Notes under the pieces: model-generated | Databases searched by the model: none | What the model saw: only the letters and a program-made list of their open reading frames with translations | What the model was told of the DNA's origin: nothing | Shown here: piece by piece, positions 50,028-61,348 of the stretch | Layout of the letters: every line of letters begins with the position of its first letter | How positions within the stretch are numbered: position 1 is the stretch's first letter | Program-made: the position numbers and the translations under genes | Source of the DNA: Laetmonice hystrix | Taxonomy: Eukaryota | Length of the DNA stretch: 64,000 bases | NCBI GenBank assembly: GCA_965235115.1 | Contig: OZ249436.1 | Coordinates: 2,048,001 to 2,112,000, forward strand | Reading direction: 5' to 3'

Positions 50028-51032
50028 ATGAGGAATCGGATGGACCAGATGTAGGTCAGTGAGGAATCGGATGGACCAGATGTAGGTCAGTGAGGAATCG
50101 GATGGATCAGTTGTAGGTCAATGAGGAATCGGATGGATCAGATGTAGGTCAGTGAGGAATCGGATGGATCAGTTGTAGGTCAATGAGGAATCGGAGGGAT
50201 CAGATGTAGGTCAATGAGGAATCAGATGGATCAGATGTAGGTCAATGAGGAATCGGAGGGATCAGATGTAGGTCAATGAGGAATCGGATGGATCAGATGT
50301 AGGTCAATGAGGAATCGGAGGGATCAGATGTAGGTCACTGAGGAATCGGATGGATCAGATGTAGGTCAGTGAGGAATCGGATGGATCAGATGTAGGTCAG
50401 TGAGGAATCGGATGGATCAGATGTAGGTCAATGATGAATCTGATGGATCAGATATAGGTCAGTGAGGAATTGGATGGATGAGATGTAGGTCACTGAGGAA
50501 TCAAAGGAAGTAGATGTAGGTCAATGAGGAATCGGAGGGATCAGATGTAGGTCAATGAGGAATGTGATGGAGCAGATATAAGTCATTGGTTGTGGACGGT
50601 ATGGGTTGTTGTCAGTCCAAGCAATAGGACAGCCCTGGTACCAGCAAGCTTCTCTTGGTGTCGGAGACAACATGCGTAGATCAATGAGGAATCGGATGGA
50701 TCAGATGTAGGTCAGTGAGGAATTGGAGGGAGCAGATGTAGGTCAATGAGGAATCGGATGGATCAGATGTAGGTCAATGATGAATCGGATGGATCAGATA
50801 TAGGTCAGTGAGGAATTGGATGGATGAGATGTAGGTCACTGAGGAATCAAAGGGAGTAGATGTAGGTCAATGAGGAATCGGAGGGATCAGATGTAGGTCA
50901 ATGAGGAATGGGATGGATCAGATATAGGTCAGTAAGGAATCGGATGGATCAGTTATAGGTCAATGAGACATAAAATGGAGCAGATCTAGGTCAATGAGGA
51001 ATCAAAGGGATCATATAGATCAATGAGGAATC
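50028..51032. repeat. Diverged 31-bp minisatellite in two blocks
   Basis: TGAGGAATCGGATGGATCAGATGTAGGTCAA, interrupted at about 50582-50680. Confidence 0.93.
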
Positions 51033-51270
51033 GTACAGGTATCAGGTACCAATTATGTGTGATGATGTTATGATTTGACGGGAGATTACAAACCACTGCT
51101 CTGTGGAAATAAACTATGGGAATTGTCCAGCCAGTCATCAGCAGGATGGAAGTCAGGTTTCTCCCCTGTTCACTGGTGTGAATTGGAGGACTTGACTATT
51201 GTAGAGAGATCGAAATGTAGACCGAAGTGTGACCATAGCTGGGTGCCTTCCGTGCGTCCCCGTGTCTGGG

Positions 51271-51513
51271 TCCCAGTGCCGACTCTCCCAGTGCCGACTC
51301 TCCCAGTGCCCACACTCCCAGTGCCGACTCTCCCAGTGCCGACTCTCCCAGTGCCCACTCTCCCAGTGCCCACTCTCCCACTGCCCACTCTCCCAGTGCC
51401 CACTCTCCGTGTGCCCACTCTCCCAGTGCCCACTCTCCCAGTGCCCACTCTCCCAGTGCCCACTCTCCCAGTGCCCACTCTCCCAGTGCCCACTCTCCCA
51501 GTGCCCACTCTCC
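51271..51513. repeat. Minisatellite, 15-bp unit
   Basis: CCCAGTGCCCACTCT. Confidence 0.96.
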
Positions 51514-52421
51514 ACAGACCATCGTTTCATGCCGTGATCTACTCACAGCCTTCTGGGACAGACCCGGCAAGGACTGATACCACTCACCTCTCTCAGCCGT
51601 ACCTCATTCATAACAAAAAGTTGGTAGTAGTTTAAACGGACTCGAAAACCTTTTAACTAGGCACCAGCCCTTTGTCAGTCGACTTCCTAGGACTATCACA
51701 CTGCCATTTTAAGGTTCACACCCGTCTTGAAGATAGTACAGTAAAATGATTGCGCCATGTAGGCGTCTAACAAATTTACTATTCCATCAGCAAACACTCA
51801 CGTGAAATACCCCCAATAAAAACCTGAAGTATATTCTCGACATAAATGTGTCGCTTGCTTACTATAAGGTTATCAGGATAAACATGGGTGAGGCAAACTA
51901 AGAGAAAAGAATTGTACCGACAGGACAAGAGGTTGACGAGTGGAATATTTATAATGATCTTTGCTGTCAGAGAAAATTACTTTACACACAGAAAAATACA
52001 ATAACTCTGGGTTGGTGAACACTATAGAACTACATCAAACTTAAGCTAAGTGACAGGTTCCCCAGGAGATTGGTTACTCGGTACAATGTTCCGAGAATTA
52101 GTGAAGATGAAATAGTTTCAGAAATTGAATTCAGACATGTTTGAAAACAGAGAGGACAACAATCGAATAATTCCGTGAATGTATTACACGAAAGACGAAC
52201 TGCTTCTATGATTCACAGTTTTGTAAGGAAACTATTATCTTTGAGAATATTGATTTAAGTCATCCCTCAGTCATAATGCCATCTCTTTGTGAAGTCCATT
52301 CCGTGAGTCCGGAGAGAATTAGCAATAAACGCTGTCTTTGTCAAATTCTAGATGAAGGCACAATTCACGTTGATTTCTGTTTGAAATTGAGAGGGACTCA
52401 GATTTGGGCTGGGGTTATCTC

Positions 52422-52833
52422 AACCTTTGTTCGCTGACGGTTAGTGGAGACGGTTGGTGGATAACCTTTGTTCGCTGACGGTTAGTGGAGACGGTTGGTG
52501 GATAACCTTTGTTCGCTGACGGTTAGTGGAGACGGTTGGTGGATAGCCTTTGTTTGCTGATGGTTAGTGGAGACGGTTGGTGGATAACCTTTGTTTGCTG
52601 ACGGTTAGTGGAGACGGTTGGTGGATAACCTTTGTTCGCTGACGGTGAGTGGAGACGGTTGGTGGATAGCCTTTGTTCGTTGACGGTTAGTGGAGACGGT
52701 TGGTGGATAACCTTTGTTCGCTGACGGTTAGTGGAGACGGTTGGTGGATAACCTTTGTTTGGTGACGGTTAGTGGAGACGGTTGGTGGATAGCCTTTGTT
52801 CGCTGACGGTTAGTGGAGACGGTTGGTGGATAG
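52422..52833. repeat. Minisatellite, 41-bp unit
   Basis: AACCTTTGTTCGCTGACGGTTAGTGGAGACGGTTGGTGGAT. Confidence 0.96.
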
Positions 52834-53225
52834 CGTGGATGGATTACTTTGTCTTTAGCAGTTGATGGTCCTAACAATCGCATCCACAGAAATAGACATT
52901 TCAAATGGAATACAGCTGATCAAAAGCTACAGGACGTCGACAGAGCTGGGGATATTGTTTGTGTGTGTCGAGGGAGTTCTCTGGTGATTGATTTCGAGCA
53001 GGGGACAAGTCCATGTTACAGTGAGACCTCGTGACAGGTCTTGTCATGGCTCTCAGTGTGTTCAGACTAGTGGTCCGGCCTCCCGGCTCGTCAGATAGCA
53101 ACAGACGAGTGTGGGTTTGGTCGTCAGCCCTGAGTTGACGTCACAGAAACAGGCTGGCTGTCTGGGGAAGGATTTGGGGGGAGGTCTGGTGGTTATTCAT
53201 CCCAAGTAATATTCCCACGGAGGCG

Positions 53226-53876
53226 GGGGTTATGGTTAGGGGCAGGGGCACGGATAGGACAGGGGCAGGGTTAGGACAGGGGCAGGGGCAGGGTTAGGAC
53301 AGGGGCAGGGGCAGGGGCAGGGTTAGGGCAGGGGCAGGGGTAGGGTTAGGACAGGGGCAGGGGCAGTGTTGGGAGCAGGGGCGGGGGTAGAGTTAGGGGC
53401 AGGGCTGGGGTTAGGGCAGGGCAGGGGCAGGGGCAGGGCAGGGTTAGGGCAGGGGCAGAGTTAGGGCAGGGTTAGGGGCAGGGTTAGGGCAGGGGCAGTT
53501 AGGGCAGGGTAGGGGCAGGGGCAGGGTTAGGGCAGGGGCAGAGTTAGGGCAGGGGCAGAGTTAGGGCAGGGTTAGGGCAGGGGCAGTTAGGGCAGGGCAG
53601 GGTTAGGGCAGGGGCAGGGTTAGGGCAGGGTTAGGGCAGGGGCAGTTAGGGCAGGGTAGGGGCAGGGTTAGGGCAGGGGCAGGGTTAGGGCAGGGGCAGA
53701 GTTAGGGCAGGGGCAGAGTTAGGGCAGGGGTTGGGGCATAGTTAGGGCAGGGGCATAGTTAGGGCAGGGGCATAGTTAGGGCAGGGGCAGAGTTAGGGCA
53801 GGGGCATAGTTAGGGCAGGGGCAGAGTTAGGGCAGGGGCAGAGTTAGGGTAGGGTAGGGGCAGGGTTAGGAGCAGG
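53226..53876 (+). repeat. Degenerate telomere-like G-rich tract
   Basis: TTAGGG interleaved with (G)CAGGG and CAGAG/CATAG variants. Confidence 0.9.
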
Positions 53877-53939
53877 CACAGGCCAGGGATATACTTTTAG
53901 CTCTTACCGACAGATCTCTTTGAGAATCTACCGGAGGGT

Positions 53940-54061
53940 ATGGAGGGTGGGTAGGGGGTGGGGTAGTCTGTGGTGGGGGTGGAGGGTGGGTAGGGGGTGG
54001 GGTAGTCTGTGGTGGGGATGGAGGGTGGGTAGGGGGTGGGGTAGTTTGTGGTGGGGGTGGT
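53940..54061. repeat. G-rich 39-bp repeat, 3 copies
   Basis: TGGAGGGTGGGTAGGGGGTGGGGTAGTCTGTGGTGGGGG. Confidence 0.92.
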
Positions 54062-54384
54062 ATGACAGGCTCTCACGGCCGAGTCTGGCCCCCGATGGAC
54101 CCTGAAACCCCAGATAGAGGAGGAGGAAGGAGGTGATAACGTTCATCCTCACGAGCCTGGTTATTTTGACTGACAGCTAGACGGAGAACAAAGCTGACAG
54201 TGAAGCGGCTTTACTTGTCATCCCCCCAACCCCTGCACCCCACCCCCACAGTCGATAAATACATGGCCACCACCAGAGCAGTCACACAACGTCCACCGCA
54301 CAATTCCTGACGCCACGTTACTTTGGATAACCTGACGTCGTCATCACCAAGAGATTTCCAGACAATCGCGATGCGTCAAAAAAA

Positions 54385-57300
54385 GAAGCTTAGCTTTAAA
54401 CACCCTCTCTGGTGGTGCTTAGGTAGAGGAGAAGCTAAGCTTTAAACACCCTCTCTGGTGGTGCTCAGGTAGAGGAGAAGCTAAGCTTTAAACACCCTCT
54501 CTGGTGGTGCTCAGGTAGAGGAGAAGCTAAGCTTTAAACACCCCTGTTGTGGTGCTCAGGTAGAGGAGAAGCTAAGCTTTAAACACCTCTGTGGTGGTGC
54601 TCAGGTAGAGGAGAAGCTAAGCTTTAAACACCCTCTGTGGTGGTGCTCAGGTAGAGGAGAAGCTAAGCTTTAAACACCCCTGTGGTGGTGCTCAGGTAGA
54701 GGAGAAGCTAAGCTTTAAACACCCTCTGTGGTGGTGATCAGGTAAAGGAGAAGCTAAGCTTTAAACACCCTCTGTGGTGGTGCTCAGGTAGAAGAGAAGC
54801 TAAGCTTTAAACACCCTCTCTGGTGGGGCTCAGGTAGAGGAGAAGCTAAGCTTTAAACACCCTCTGTGGTGGTGCTCAGGTAGAGGAGAAGCTAAGCTTT
54901 AAACACCCTCTCTGGTGGGGCTCAGGTAGAGGCTAAGCTAAGCTTTAAACACCCTCTGTGGTGGTGCTCAGGTAGAGGAGAAGCTAAGCTTTAAACACCC
55001 TCTGTGGTGGTGCTCAGGTAGAGGAGAAGCTAAGCTTTAAACACCATCTGTGGTGGTGCTCAGGTAGAGGAGAAGCTAAGCTTTAAACACCCCTGTGGTG
55101 GTGCTCAGGTAGAGGAGAAGCTAAGCTTTAAACACCCTCTGTGGTGGTGCTCAGGTAGAGGAGAAGCTAAGCTTTAAACACCCTCTGAGGTGGTGCTCAG
55201 GTAGAGGAGAAGCTAAGCTTTAAACACTCTCTGTGGTGGTGCTCAGGTAGACGAGAAGCTAAGCTTTAAACACCCTCTGTGGTGGTGCTCAGGTAGAGGA
55301 AAAGCTAAGCTTTAAACACCCTTTGTGGTGGTGCTCAGGTAGAGGAGACGATAAGCTTTAAACACCCTTTGTGGTGGTGCTCAGGTAGAGGAGAAGCTAA
55401 GCTTTAAACACCCCTGTGGTGGTGCTCAGGTAGGGGAGAAGCTAAGCTTTAAACACCCCTGTGGTGGTGCTCAGGTAGAGGAGAAGCTAAGCTTTAAACA
55501 CCCCTGTGGTGGTGCTCAGGTAGAGAAGAAGCTAAGCTTTAAACACCCCTGTGGTGGTGCTCAGGTAGAGGAGAACTAAGCTTTAAACACCCTCTGTGGT
55601 GGTGCTCAGGTAGAGTAGAAGCTAAGCTTTAAACACCCCCTGTGGTGGTGCTCAGGTAGAGGAGAAGCTAAGCTTTAAACACCCTCTCTGGTGGGGCTCA
55701 GGTAGAGAAGAAGCTAAGCTTTAAACACCCTCTGTGGTGGTGCTCAGGTAGAGCAGAAGCTAAGCTTTAAACACCCTCTGTGGTGGTGCTCAGGTAGAGG
55801 AGGAGCTAAGCTTTAAACACCCTCTCTGGTGGTGCTTAGGTAGAGGAGAAGCTAAGCTTTAAACACCCTCTCTGGTGGTGCTCAGGTAGAGGAGAAGCTA
55901 AGCTTTAAACACCCTCTCTGGTGGTGCTCAGGTAGAGGAGAAGCTAAGCTTTAAACACCCCTGTTGTGGTGCTCAGGTAGAGGAGAAATTAAGCTTTAAA
56001 CACCTCTGTGGTGGTGCTCAGGTAGAGGAGAAGCTAAGCTTTAAACACCCTCTGTGGTGGTGCTCAGGTAGAGGAGAAGCTAAGCTTTAAACACCCCTGT
56101 GGTGGTGCTCAGGTAGAGGAGAAGCTAAGCTTTAAACACCCTCTGTGGTGGTGATCAGGTAAAGGAGAAGCTAAGCTTTAAACACCCTCTGTGGTGGTGC
56201 TCAGGTAGAAGAGAAGCTAAGCTTTAAACACCCTCTCTGGTGGTGCTCAGGTAGAGGAGAAGCTAAGCTTTAAACACCCTCTGTGGTGGTGCTCAGGTAG
56301 AGGAGAAGCTAAGCTTTAAACACCCTCTCTGGTGGGGCTCAGGTAGAGGCTAAGCTAAGCTTTAAACACCCTCTGTGGTGGTGCTCAGGTAGAGGAGAAG
56401 CTAAGCTTTAAACACCCTCTGTGGTGGTGCTCAGGTAGAGGAGAAGCTAAGATTTAAACACCATCTGTGGTGGTGCTCAGGTAGAGGAGAAGCTAAGCTT
56501 TAAACACCCTCTGAGGTGGTGCTCAGGTAGAGGAGAAGCTAAGCTTTAAACACTCTCTGTGGTGGTGCTCAGGTAGACGAGAAGCTAAGCTTTAAACACC
56601 CTCTGTGGTGGTGCTCAGGTAGAGGAAAAGCTAAGCTTTAAACACCCTCTCTGGTGGTGCTCAGGTAGAGGAGACGATAAGCTTTAAACACCCTTTGTGT
56701 TGGTGCTCAGGTAGACGAGAAGCTAAGCTTTAAACACCCCTGTGGTGGTGCTCAGGTATTGGAGAAGCTAAGCTTTAAACACCCCTGTGGTGGTGCTCAG
56801 GTAGAGGAGAAGCTAAGCTTTAAACACCCCTGTGGTGGTGCTCAGGTAGAGAAGAAGCTAAGCTTTAAACACCCCTGTGGTGGTGCTCAGGTAGAGGAGA
56901 ACTAAGCTTTAAACACCCTCTGTGGTGGTGCTCAGGTAGAGTAGAAGCTAAGCTTTAAACACCCCCTGTGGTGGTGCTCAGGTAGAGGAGAAGCTAAGCT
57001 TTAAACACCCTCTCTGGTGGGGCTCAGGTAGAGAAGAAGCTAAGCTTTAAACACCCTCTGTGGTGGTGCTCAGGTAGAGCAGAAGCTAAGCTTTAAACAC
57101 CGTCTGTGGTGGTGCTCAGGTAGAGGAGAAGCTAAGCTTTAAACACCCTCTGTGGTGGTGCTCAGGTAGACGAGAAGCTAAGCTTTAAACACCCTCTATG
57201 GTGGTGCTCAGGTAGAGGAGAAGCTAAGCTTTAAACACCCTCTCTGGTGGGGCTCAGGTAGAGAAGAAGCTAAGCTTTAAACACCCTCTGTGGTGGTGCT

Positions 57301-57712
57301 CAGGTAGAGGAGAAGCTAAGCTTTAAACACCCTCTGTGGTGGTGCTCAGGTAGAGGAGAAGCTAAGCTTTAAACACCCTCTGTGGTGGTGCTCAGGTAGA
57401 GGAGAAGCTAAGCTTTAAACACCCTCTGTGGTGGTGCTCAGGTAGAGGAGAAGCTAAGCTTTAAACACCCTCTCTGGTGGTGCTCAGGTAGAGGAGAAGC
57501 TAAGCTTTAAACACCCTCTCTGGTGGTGCTCAGGTAGAGGAGAAGCTAAGCTTTAAACACCCTCTGTGGTGGTGCTCAGGTAGAGGAGAAGCTAAGCTTT
57601 AAACACCATCTGTGGTGGTGCTCAGGTAGAGGAGAAGCTAAGCTCTCTGGTGGTGCTCAGGTAGAGGAGAAGCTAAGCTTTAAACACCCTCTGTGTGGTT
57701 GTGCTCTGGTAG
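54385..57712. repeat. Minisatellite, 46/45-bp unit, about 70 copies
   Basis: GAGAAGCTAAGCTTTAAACACCCTCTGTGGTGGTGCTCAGGTAGAG. Confidence 0.98.
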
Positions 57713-57837
57713 AATGTCACTCTGTCTGAGCCTGACGAACGCTTTGGTTTACGAAACACTATTTTAATCTTCTCAGGACAGAAATCAATATATGAGATTT
57801 GTGAAGACTGAAGTTTGCTCTATCTGGCCCGGATGTG

Positions 57838-57945
57838 GCACTGGCCCGTATTCATGTCAGTGGGACTGGCCCGTATTCATGTCAGTGGGAATGGACCGTA
57901 TTCATGTCAGTGGGACTGGCCCGTATTCATGTCAGTGGGAATGGG
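57838..57945. repeat. About 25-bp repeat, about 4 copies
   Basis: GGACTGGCCCGTATTCATGTCAGTG. Confidence 0.9.
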
Positions 57946-58963
57946 TCACCTGTCGTATCCGAAACGCTGACTATAATACTTGATTGTCAGCGGCAGTGCT
58001 GTGGAATGAATGGTGGTGCTTCGAGTATAATTTGTACGGGCAGTCAACCAGGCGACTCGCTGATTGGTCTAATTAATTGATACAACGCCCCCTTACGAGT
58101 AGAGCGCACGTCAATTTGATGTCAGGCTGGGGTCGGTGATAGGACACACTAACATGAGGCAGCTATGTAAAAAACGAAAGGATTTAAATTAGGAAAAGGA
58201 AATGTTATCATTCCTTTCAAATTATAAAAAAATTTATCGTCTTTTATATACAAACCAAGAAGTTTTCAGAATATGTAGTGATATCCTGGCCAATTATAAT
58301 AATATGTGAATCTAACATGATTTGAAGATGTTTGTAATCCTTATCATCTCTCAGTACTCCGATATGCAATCAGTATCCCTTAAAAAACTCAATTGGACGG
58401 TGTAATAGATAGTCCATCAGAGATTTATAAGTAGACATGGAATTTCCGTGACAGGTCTGTTAATTGGCGAATCTTTTGGCTGCCGCGTTTCAATCCCACA
58501 TAAAATAAATAAATAAAGAAATAAAGTTAACCAAACATAATATGTACACACCAGAGCCAGTCTACTAAGGTAGCAGTTTTGTTTTTTGTCGAAGACAATA
58601 CTTGTCGAGACGAATGTTGATTCACAGCGGTAGAGTGAGGATATTGAAGATGATGAAGTTGTGTATTGGGCTGGGAATACCTCAGGGGTTCGGGTATTGC
58701 AAGTATTGCTGTGCCAGTAAATGGTTGTGGGTATGACTGACTGAGACTCTGAGACGACAATCATTTATTTATCGGTAGAGGAGAACTTTGCATGATTTTC
58801 ACACTTCCTGTGAGACCGGAAGCTAAAAAAAACTGTTGTTGAAGGATGTTTGTATTTATTGACTTCCCAGCTACATATTCCTCACTTTAACACAACTCAA
58901 CTTTTTATGTGTGTGAATATTTTAATTTTTCCTGTTGGCTGCCAGTATGTCAGCAGTTGGCCA

Positions 58964-61080
58964 GTGTTTGTCCCCCACTGTCGTCCTGATTGAGTAGTCA
59001 ATCAATAGGTGTTTGTGTTTGAACGATCCAAGGTTAACAGACAGGTTTATTATCCAGTCAGCAGGTCCCCCACTGTCGTCCTGATTAAGTAGTCAATCAA
59101 TAGGTGTTTGTGTTTGAACGATCCAAGGTTAACAGACAGGTTTATTATCCAGTCAGCAGGTGCCCCACTGTCGTCCTGATTGAGTAGTCAATCAATAGGT
59201 GTTTGTGTTTGAACGATCCGAGGTTAACAGACAGGTTTATTATCCAGTCAGCAGGTGCCCCACTGTCGTCCTGATTGAGTAGTCAATCAATAGGTGTTTG
59301 TGTTTGAACGATCCAAGGTTAACAGACAGGTTTATTATCCAGTCAGCAGGTCCCCCACTGTCGTCCTGATTGAGTAGTCAATCAATAGGTGTTTGTGTTT
59401 GAACGATCCGAGGTTAACAGACAGGTTTATTATCCAGTCAGCAGGTGCCCCACTGTCGTCCTGATTGAGTAGTCAATCAATGTTTGTGTTTGAACGATCC
59501 AAGGTTAACAGACAGGTTTATTATCCAGTCAGCAGGTTCCCCACTGTCGTCCTGATTGAGTAGCCAATCAATAGGTGTTTGTGTTTGAACGATCCAAGGT
59601 TAACAGACAGGTTTATTATCCAGTCAGCAGGTCCCCCACTGTCGTCCTGATTGAGTAGTCAATCAATAGGTGTTTGTGTTTGAACGATCCAAGGTTAACA
59701 GACAGGTTTATTATCCAGTCAGCAGGTTCCCCACTGTCGTCCTGATTGAGTAGCCAATCAATAGGTGTTTGTGTTTGAACGTGTTTGTCCCCCACTGTCG
59801 TCCTGATTGAGTAGCCAATCAATAGGTGTTTTTGTTTGAACGATCCAAGGTTAACAGACAGGTTTATTATCCAGTCAGCAGGTCCCCCACTGTCGTCCTG
59901 ATTGAGTAGTCAATCAATAGGTGTTTGTGTTTGAACGATCCAAGGTTAACAGACAGGTTTATTATCCAGTCAGCAGGTCCCCCACTGTCGTCCTGATTGA
60001 GTAGTCAATCAATAGGTGTTTGTGTTTGAACGATCCAAGGTTAACAGACAGGTTTATTATCCAGTCAGCAGGTCCCCCACTGTCGTCCTGATTGAGTATT
60101 CAATCAATAGGTGTTTGTGTTTGAACGATCCAAGGTTAACAGACAGGTTTATTATCCAGTCAGCAGGTCCCCCACTGTCGTCCTGATTGAGTATTCAATC
60201 AATAGGTGTTTGTGTTTGAACGATCCAAGGTTAACAGACAGGTTTATTATCCAGTCAGCAGGTCCCCCACTGTCGTCCTGATTGAGTAGTCAATCAATAG
60301 GTGTTTGTGTTTGAACGATCCAAGGTTAACAGACAGGTTTATTATCCAGTCAGCAGGTCCCCCACTGTCGTCCTGATTAAGTAGTCAATCAATAGGTGTT
60401 TGTGTTTGAACGATCCAAGGTTAACAGACAGGTTTATTATCCAGTCAGCAGGTCCCCCACTGTCGTCCTGATTGAGTAGTCAATCATAGGTGTTTGTGTT
60501 TGAACGATCCAAGGTTAACAGACAGGTTTATTATCCAGTCAGCAGGTTCCCCACTGTCGTCCTGATTGAGTAGTCAATCAATAGGTGTTTGTGTTTGAAC
60601 GATCCAAGGTTAACAGACAGGTTTATTATCCAGTCAGCAGGTCCCCCACTGTCGTCCTGATTGAGTAGTCAATCAATAGGTGTTTGTGTTTGAACGATCC
60701 AAGGTTAACAGACAGGTTTATTATCCAGTCAGCAGGTCCCCCACTGTCGTCCTGATTGAGTAGTCAATCAATAGGTGTTTGTGTTTGAACGATCCAAGGT
60801 TAACAGACAGGTTTATTATCCAGTCAGCAGGTCCCCCACTGTCGTCCTGATTGAGTAGTCAATCAATAGGTGTTTGTGTTTGAACGATCCAAGGTTAACA
60901 GACAGGTTTATTATCCAGTCAGCAGGTCCCCCACTGTCGTCCTGATTGAGTAGTCAATCAATAGGTGTTTGTGTTTGAACGTGTTTGTCCCCCACTGTCG
61001 TCCTGATTGAGTATTCAATCATAGGTGTTTGTGTTTGAACGATCCAAGGTTAACAGACAGGTTTATTATCCAGTCAGCAG
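58964..61080. repeat. Minisatellite, 95-bp unit
   Basis: CCCACTGTCGTCCTGATTGAGTAGTCAATCAATAGGTGTTTGTGTTTGAACGATCCAAGGTTAACAGACAGGTTTATTATCCAGTCAGCAGGTCC. Confidence 0.98.
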
Positions 61081-61348
61081 ACGCACCGATTAGCTTCCAC
61101 TCATGATTTATTGCTGCTGATTGCATGATTCAATCTCTCCACATCCTTTCACGATCTCGATCAGTGCGTGAAGCGAAAGTCTTCACCAATGTTAAACCGG
61201 TTCTACCCCCTGATAAACACGGGATCGTATAATAGTTCTCTGACCTCACAGCCAGTTGTACATTAAAATAAAGTTAGCTCTGCACCCAGGCGAAACTAGT
61301 CATTGTCCTTGGGATCCGTGTACAATGTCAGGTTTAACATGGCTGATC

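Noticed and set aside
53226..53876. True telomere or telomere-fusion site
   Set aside because: No pure (TTAGGG)n run and no head-to-head CCCTAA block.
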